In this document: positions 31,979 through 39,622 of the stretch, one piece after another | Layout of the letters: each line of letters starts with the position of its first letter | How positions within the stretch are numbered: the stretch's first letter is position 1 | Assembly: GCF_001194135.2 (NCBI RefSeq) | Contig: NC_068988.1 | Span: 55,765,296 to 55,804,917, forward strand | Length of the DNA stretch: 39,622 nt | Direction of reading: 5' to 3' | Source of the DNA: Octopus bimaculoides | Lineage: Eukaryota | Made by a program: the position numbers and the translations under genes | Notes under the pieces: model-generated | Told to the model about the DNA's origin: nothing | Seen by the model: only the letters and a program-made list of their open reading frames with translations | Databases searched by the model: none

Positions 31979-33805
31979 AATACACATCCATGTATGTACA
32001 TAAATCTTTCACTTTAAAACAAAAATAAATGAATAATTTTTTTTACGGAAATTAACGACTTGAAAATAATTTTAAAAATATATTAAAGTATTGTCTGCTT
32101 AAAGAAAGCTAAAATATAAATACTTACTGTACAAAGAACTTACACTTTTGAAATCACAATCAGTTAAAAATATTTCTAAATGATTAAAATATCGTGTACG
32201 TCAAAAAGTCGACGTTTTCCTTTTTTCTTAGAGAGCACGAACACTATGTGTGTGTATATGTCACAGGTAGCAGATGTGTGTTTGTATTGATTGACACGCC
32301 AGACATTCATTATATGTGTGTGTGTATGTATGTTGACGTCACGGAAGCCATGTTTCTTTTCGTTAACAAATAACAAACAAAAATTGTGCTCACTAGTTTT
32401 CATTAATAAATAGAGTCCAAATGTCACAAAAATTTGTACTGCAATGCCGAAGGTAAGTATGAAAATAAATATGCAAAAAAAGAAAAATTAAGATAAAATA
32501 CACTATTTCTGAGATATTAATTTNNNNNNNNNNNNNNNNNNNNNNNNNNNNNNNNNNNNNNNNNNNNNNNNNNNNNNNNNNNNNNNNNNNNNNNNNNNNN
32601 NNNNNNNNNNNNNNNNNNNNNNNNNNNNNNNNNNNNNNNNNNNNNNNNNNNNNNNNNNNNNNNNNNNNNNNNNNNNNNNNNNNNNNNNNNNNNNNNNNNN
32701 NNNNNNNNNNNNNNNNNNNNNNNNNNNNNNNNNNNNNNNNNNNNNNNNNNNNNNNNNNNNNNNNNNNNNNNNNNNNNNNNNNNNNNNNNNNNNNNNNNNN
32801 NNNNNNNNNNNNNNNNNNNNNNNNNNNNNNNNNNNNNNNNNNNNNNNNNNNNNNNNNNNNNNNNNNNNNNNNNNNNNNNNNNNNNNNNNNNNNNNNNNNN
32901 NNNNNNNNNNNNNNNNNNNNNNNNNNNNNNNNNNNNNNNNNNNNNNNNNNNNNNNNNNNNNNNNNNNNNNNNNNNNNNNNNNNNNNNNNNNNNNNNNNNN
33001 NNNNNNNNNNNNNNNNNNNNNNNNNNNNNNNNNNNNNNNNNNNNNNNNNNNNNNNNNNNNNNNNNNNNNNNNNNNNNNNNNNNNNNNNNNNNNNNNNNNN
33101 NNNNNNNNNNNNNNNNNNNNNNNNNNNNNNNNNNNNNNNNNNNNNNNNNNNNNNNNNNNNNNNNNNNNNNNNNNNNNNNNNNNNNNNNNNNNNNNNNNNN
33201 NNNNNNNNNNNNNNNNNNNNNNNNNNNNNNNNNNNNNNNNNNNNNNNNTAGAGAGAGAGAGAGAGAGAGATAGATAGATAGATAGATAGACAGACAGATA
33301 AATAGATAGATAGATAGATAGATAAATAGATATGTAAAAACACGAAAATATCGTGGGAGGAATGTCTTTGAGTAAAGATTTGCACAGTTACCGCTGATCG
33401 AGGCCTAAACAGCAATAATGACTCCAGCGACGATGTCGACAAAAATAATAACCATGACGACAACCAGAAACGTATGTGCTGTCGATAGACCACTTTTTTT
33501 TCTTCTTCCTTTTGCAAGAGATATTACGGCGCGAACAGCGTGCTTTTCATTTCGCAGAAACAATTAGATGCGAGGTTAAAGTTGCCAACAAAACCAGAAC
33601 TATAATAAAATAACAGATCTGATATGCTATAGATGGATGAAGTGATAGGCCTCTACTCTTTTGTTTGTTCTTATCGCTGACGTGTTCATTATGGAAGTTT
33701 GAGTGAAGACCTTAGAGCGAGTGTAACTACATTATCTTTCACTGGTCACAGATTGTTCCGAAATGCTTCTAGCGTATCACTTTCTCTGTGTCTCTGTTCG
33801 CCTCT

Positions 33806-33857
<52 letters not shown>

Positions 33858-34588
33858 TCTCACTCTCTTTTTCTCCCTCTTTTTCATTTGTGCCCACAAC
33901 TACATACATAAACATATGTAAATCGCTTTTTCTTTGCGTATGTATATGTATGTATAAATCAAGCGCTCGCTTTTATTAATGAGGAACCATTTCACAGTAT
34001 ATCAACGTTTAGACGGTAACTAACTATTAGGACATTTTCGTGTAAATGTATACACATTTAGACGCTAATCTATCTATCTAGCTAGTTAGCTAACTATGTA
34101 TTCATATCTATATACATCTATTGATTTGTAACTATGCATCTCTCTCTCTCACTATATATATATATATATATANNNNNNNNNNNNNNNNNNNNNNNNNNNN
34201 NNNNNNNNNNNNNNNNNNNNNNNNNNNNNNNNNNNNNNNNNNNNNNNNNNNNNNNNNNNNNNNNNNNNNNNNNNNNNNNNNNNNNNNNNNNNNNNNNNNN
34301 NNNNNNNNNNNNNNNNNNNNNNNNNNNNNNNNNNNNNNNNNNNNNNNNNNNNNNNNNNNNNNNNNNNNNNNNNNNNNNNNNNNNNNNNNNNNNNNNNNNN
34401 NNNNNNNNNNNNNNNNNNNNNNNNNNNNNNNNNNNNNNNNNNNNNNNNNNNNNNNNNNNNNNNNNNNNNNNNNNNNNNNNNNNNNNNNNNNNNNNNNNNN
34501 NNNNNNNNNNNNNNNNNNNNNNNNNNNNNNNNNNNNNNNNNNNNNNNNNNNNNNNNNNNNNNNNNNNNNNNNNNNNNNNNNNNNNNNN

Positions 34589-34632
<44 letters not shown>

Positions 34633-35122
34633 CACACACATACACACATACACACACACACACACACACATATATATAAAGACACACATACACGTATACA
34701 TTGCCGCATACGTATGTATATCTCTGACTCTCGTTCACAACGAAGAGCAAGATAGGAAATTAGGAAGTTTTTAATTTAGATACTTGTCACAGATAGGTGT
34801 TGGTTCATTGCAGACATTCTGATCTAGTCAGAAGTAAGTGGAATCTCTAAATGGCCTTTAATTAGTTGAGACTATCAGATATAAAAGAACCACAAAGCGT
34901 CTATTATTAGACGAAATTCCTTGTCAACGCAGTTCTATCGATACAGCGTTTTATTCGTGAACTGTCCAATTTTCTGGAACACGTTAAAAAAAAACAGGCT
35001 ATTATTACGGTTAATACATTTTAGTATTATAATACATTACAATATTGTAATATATTATAATATAGTATAATAGTATCATAATATACATTATAATATAGTA
35101 TAATAGTATTATTATATGCATT

Positions 35123-35335
35123 AAGGCGGCGAGCTGGCAGAAACGTTAGCACACCGTGCGAAATGCTTAGTGTATTTCGTCTGTCTTTACGTTTTGAGTT
35201 CAAATTCCACCGAGGTCGACTTTGCCTTTCATCCTTCCGGGGTCGATCAATTAAGTACCAGTTGCGTACTGGGGTCACTCTAATCGACTGGCTCCCTCCC
35301 CCAAAATTTCGAGCCTTGTGCCTATAGTAGAAAAG
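35123..35335 (+). mobile_element. SINE family B, full length, inserted in an AT-rich low-complexity tract
   Basis: Near consensus; 11-bp TSD agtattattat at 35105-35115 and 35336-35346. Confidence 0.95.
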
Positions 35336-35801
35336 AGTATTATTATCGCATAGTATAATAGTATTATAATATACATTAAATATAGTATTATAATATTTAA
35401 TTCGGTATTTGCGATGGTACCGTATTCAACTTTGATACTTTGCAAGCCACGAGTTATTTTTTATTTATTTATATCACAATTAGTGAACAATGGCGCCATT
35501 GGTTACAAGCTTTTAACGAGTCAAAGATTGATAAATGGAATTTCTGACAGTTTAAAAAAGCCAATTCCATCTAGCTAAAAGTACTGTAAGGAAAGTAAGT
35601 GTGCTTTGTAAGAATTGCGCAGTGTTTTTGTCATATAGATCTGCAAGTCTGAAGTTCCAAATTCAATTTTTGACCACGAGAAACCATTTCACTCTCCGTA
35701 TAACTAACTCCTTTATTGAATTAAGACTACGGGAACCGGTATCCGATAAGCATGGGTATCAGAAAATATGGCATTTCTATCTTTGTAGGGTTTTAGTGGA
35801 A

Positions 35802-36122
35802 TAAATCGTCCCCAGTCTTTTATTTCTAAAGTTTGGAACTTATTCTATCAATCTCTTTTGCGGAACTACTAAGTTTCGGGGACGTAAACAAATTAAAAGC
35901 GGCTGTCAAGAGGTGTATGTTGGTGGAGGGACAAACACAGACACAAATACACACACACATATATACTATGGGCTTTCACATAGTTTCCATCTACCAAATT
36001 CACTCACATGGCATTGGTTGACTCAGCGCCGTAGTAGAAGATAGATGCCCAAGTTGCTGCGCAACGGGACTGAACCTGAAGCTCCGTAGCCGAACCTGAA
36101 ACTCCGCAGAGCGAGCTTCTTA
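35802..36122 (-). mobile_element. SINE family A, diverged, with 20-bp internal duplication near the B box
   Basis: cttattctatc..tctcttttgcggaac...gtttccatctaccaaattcactcac...gggactgaacc. Confidence 0.8.
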
Positions 36123-36345
36123 CTGTCATGTCTCTGTAAAAGGTATTATTATTAGTAACTTATAATCCAGGTCCTATTCACTGGCTTTGATATAACACCT
36201 CCCTACATTTACCATGGCTCTCTACTTTCAGCGTATTTTTCTATTCTCAGATAGAAAACCATTCTCCTGCACTTAAAGTTTAATTCTTGTCGAAATAACT
36301 ACTTCTTACAGACAACGAGTCTTTGGAGCCAATGAAAATGATTGA

Positions 36346-36722
36346 AACAATAGCACTCAGAGAGCGCAAACCTCAGTCGAAGCAACACCAACGTTTTCTC
36401 AACGATTAGCTACAGATGATTTTTAAAATGAGAATATCTGAAATAAACTCGACTGCTCTCATAAATGAGAATACTAAAACTGAACCCGATCACTCACAAA
36501 AATTAAGTAAAAAAAAACAAAAAAAACAGGAAAAATAATCCAGAATCCTTGTCCGGTACTGGATCGATTCCAAAATTTAATCAGTTCGTGCCAGTCACAA
36601 GGCCAAACATCCCTGAAAGTTTCTCCCGAATCCATTTAGCGATTGTTGAGATATCTTGTCCACGGACAAACAAACACGACTAAAAAACAATACCTCCGCC
36701 CTAGTGAAGGCAGAGGTAATAA
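36346..36722 (+). mobile_element. Helentron-associated non-autonomous element (HINE/DINE-1-like)
   Basis: 5' subterminal aaacctcagtc, short (ACAA)n, and 3' hairpin tacctccgcc-ctagtgaa-ggcagaggta close to the end; this is the diagnostic HINE layout. Confidence 0.7.
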
Positions 36723-36741
36723 ATGAAACCGGATCTTCATC

Positions 36742-36986
36742 TACCTTCTTTTACTTGTTTCAGTCACTGGACTGCAGCCAGGCTGAAGCTCTGCCTTGAA
36801 GGGTTTTATCGAACAGATCGATGTCAATACTTGTTCTGGGGTGAATAAACATAACACAACAAACACACACATATGCTTGTGTGTGCGTGTGTGTGTTTAC
36901 GAAGGACTTTCATACAGTTTCCGTCAACCAAATTCTCTCTTACAAGGCATTGGTCGACCTGTGACTATTGTAGAAGACACTTGCTC
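36742..36986 (-). mobile_element. SINE family A with internal deletions
   Basis: cttttacttgtttcagtcactggactgcagcc ... gtttccgtcaaccaaatt...gtagaagacacttgc. Confidence 0.8.
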
Positions 36987-37089
36987 GGAAAAGAAAAAAA
37001 TTACATTAAAAGACTTTTTACGCATACATGTTAAGAGTTATAATTCATTTAATATTTAATCAACCCTCAAGAACATGTCTGATTCTCAT

Positions 37090-37190
37090 ATTATCGACCC
37101 CCAACAGACAAAAGTCGAAGTCGAACTCAGATGGTGAGGAGACATAGATGGATGCTGTTAAGCATTTAGTCCAGCGTTCATTCAACTGTT
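37090..37190 (-). mobile_element. SINE family B fragment, diverged
   Basis: attatcgacccc...aaagtcga...gaactcaga...taagcattt. Confidence 0.55.
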
Positions 37191-37987
37191 TCAGTATCGT
37201 TCGATGTTACACAAATGTCTTAAATAAAATCATTTTTTACCTCTATGTAATTACCATTGACAAAAAATCTGTATTAAAATTGCCTTTCCTTCATTGAAAA
37301 TAGTAATTATCTGATGTAGGCACAAGGCCTTTCCACCCGTGGTAAGAAAATTACTTTGACATAATTATCATATTTATCTCCCTTAGCTGTCTATTAACCG
37401 CAATCTTTTTTTCTTTTACACGTGTGCTCTAGAAAATTAGACTTGACGTATACATATGTATGTGTATTCACGCACATGCACGTGCAGATATAGATATGTG
37501 CGTGTGTTTATGTGTGTGCATGTTTCTTTGTGTGTGTGTGTGTGTGTGTGTGTCAGTATGATTGCATTATAAGTATGTTCCCTTAAGCATCCCCGTACAT
37601 AAATGAGTGATAGCTTGCATGAATGTGTGAGAGTACGTGTTGGTTATCAGATATACAGTTGACATAATCTCAAATAGCACAATCCCAGTTTATCAATAAC
37701 ATCTTTCTATATCTTCTTATTGACACTCATCAACACCGCGACCATATAAAAAGATGACTATCTGCCATTGACTGTATATCTCCCGTTTGTCTGTATGTAA
37801 AAGACTGCAGTATATCAACGAAAATAACTTAATTAATTGAAATTTTACTGTTAGTCGTAGAAAAGCAAAAACCGTTGGAGAAAGACAAAAACCTAAGCCC
37901 AAATATAGCAGTACTTTGGGCAATTGCGTTCTACTACAGTTCCGGGCCAACCAAGTTTTTTGAGTGAATTTGTTAGAAGTAGAGATT

Positions 37988-38094
<107 letters not shown>

Positions 38095-38497
38095 GGTTAT
38101 GAGAGGTAATGGTGTCAATAAAACCCAAAGGTGTCAGGTAATGCTGAGTAAGTGCTGTGGATAGACCATAGTTAAGCTCCAGTTTTGGTGATTATGCGTA
38201 TATATTATTGGTATCCGATACCCGTATTATCCCCGGGCATTGGTGTGCAGGCACAGCATGCCAGTAGAGTGCAGATAACAACAGGATAAACAAAAGTTTA
38301 TCAGGAACCAATGCAAACAATTAGAAAATGTCTGTCTATCTATCTATCTATCTATCTATCTTTGTAGTACATATATGTTAAAAACACAGTTTTGTTCGAG
38401 TTTGATCTATTTCAAGATATACCATATTTACTTAGCGTAGTTAATTTGGAACACTAGCCTTTTAAAACCCTTTCGTCTGTTATATTTACAAGGTCTT

Positions 38498-38922
38498 AAG
38501 GCGGCGAGCTGGCAGAATCGTTAACATGCTGGGCAAAATGCCTACCGGTATTTCGTCTGCCGTTACGTTCTGAGTTCAAATTCCGCTGAGGTCGACTTTG
38601 CCTTTCATCCTTTCAGGGTCGATAAATTAAGTGTCAGTTACGCACTTGGGCCGATGTAATCGACTTAATCCCTTTGTCTGTCCTTGTTTGTCCCATCTAT
38701 GTTTAGCCCCTTGTGGGTAATAAAAAAACAAGAATCGTTAACACGCGAGGCAAAATGCCTAGCGGCATTTCGACTGTCTTTCAGTTCTGAGTTCAAATTC
38801 CACCGACTTCGACTTTGCTTTTAATTCTTTCGGGGTTGATAAATTAAGTACCAGGGAAATATTGTGGTAATCGGCTAGTCTCCTCCCGCAAAATTTAAGG
38901 CCTTATGCCTATAGTAGAAAGG
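38498..38922 (+). mobile_element. Family B SINE dimer (gamma-tail copy plus alpha-tail copy)
   Basis: Outer TSD atatttacaag (38482-38492, 38923-38933); internal junction repeat agaatcgttaaca (38514-38526, 38731-38743). Confidence 0.9.
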
Positions 38923-39120
38923 ATATTTACAAGCCCTTCTCTGTCTCATCAATGCAATCATGATTCTAGTGGTTCGTTCTTTTTACGGTGCGCCGAAAAA
39001 GATAATGGGGATAGTGTTTTAATTAAAAAATATGGTAAAAAAAAGTCTGTTAAAAGAAATCAAACTCGAATATAGACCTGTCTTTAATATAACGTTTGAA
39101 AAAATGGCTGTTTCCAGTTT

Positions 39121-39144
39121 ACATATACATACATACATACATAC

Positions 39145-39175
<31 letters not shown>

Positions 39176-39325
39176 CATGCATACATACATACATGCATAC
39201 ATACATGCATACATACATACATGCATACATACATGCTGAAACACACACACACTCGCACACATGCACACACACTCACACACACACTCACACACACACTCAC
39301 ACACATACACACACACACACACAAA
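39121..39325. repeat. (CATA)n/(CA)n compound microsatellite
   Basis: Directly visible. Confidence 0.95.
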
Positions 39326-39469
39326 CAAGCACGCCGACGCATACTTTGAGTGTATGTTTGTGAGTGAGTATTTATGAGTCAAAAATCTAAATTTAGTGAT
39401 AAAAATTACAAAACGGAATGCTCCGAGTAATAGGAACATAAAAATGGTATTTCATAGAAATATTTCAAG

Positions 39470-39622
39470 CTCCTCCTCCTCCATTCTCCTCTACCCTTCT
39501 CCTCCTTCCTCTAATATCCTCCACCTCCTCTTCATTTTCACCTTTTCCGCCTTTTCTTCCTTCTCTTTTCTTCCTCTTCTTCCGCCACATCCTCTTCTTC
39601 CGCCACCACCTCTTCCTCCTTC
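39470..39622. repeat. Pyrimidine-rich (TCC/TCT) low-complexity tract, truncated by the window end
   Basis: Directly visible. Confidence 0.85.

Overview
This is AT-rich, repeat-dense, non-coding eukaryotic DNA from a draft assembly, with 12 N-gaps (about 4.4 kb in total), most of them flanked by microsatellites. The SINE families match from memory those of octopus/coleoid cephalopod genomes; this is an inference and no search was run. No host protein-coding gene is recognisable, and the supplied ORFs are microsatellite, N-gap, SINE or LINE-remnant artefacts. The window holds more than 25 tRNA-headed SINE copies from several modular families and degraded LINE remnants: a CR1/Jockey-type 3' end, two R2-group (R4/Dong-like) pieces, and an RTE-like 3' end with two intact C2H2 zinc fingers missed by the ORF track. 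It also holds several MITE/foldback elements, a Helentron-associated (HINE/DINE-like) element and an interstitial TTAGGG tract. The most notable signal is a set of minimal type-I hammerhead ribozyme motifs. Two have an intact core (565-599, 2355-2413) and three are decayed, each with a different self-complementary helix III (ACGT, ACTAGT, ACTTCGAAGT, ACGGCCGT), the dimer-dependent architecture known from Penelope-like elements. Other highlights are a Tigger-like MITE whose subterminal motif has expanded into an 11 x 14 bp array, and a recurrent SINE-into-SINE dimer joined at the A-box region.
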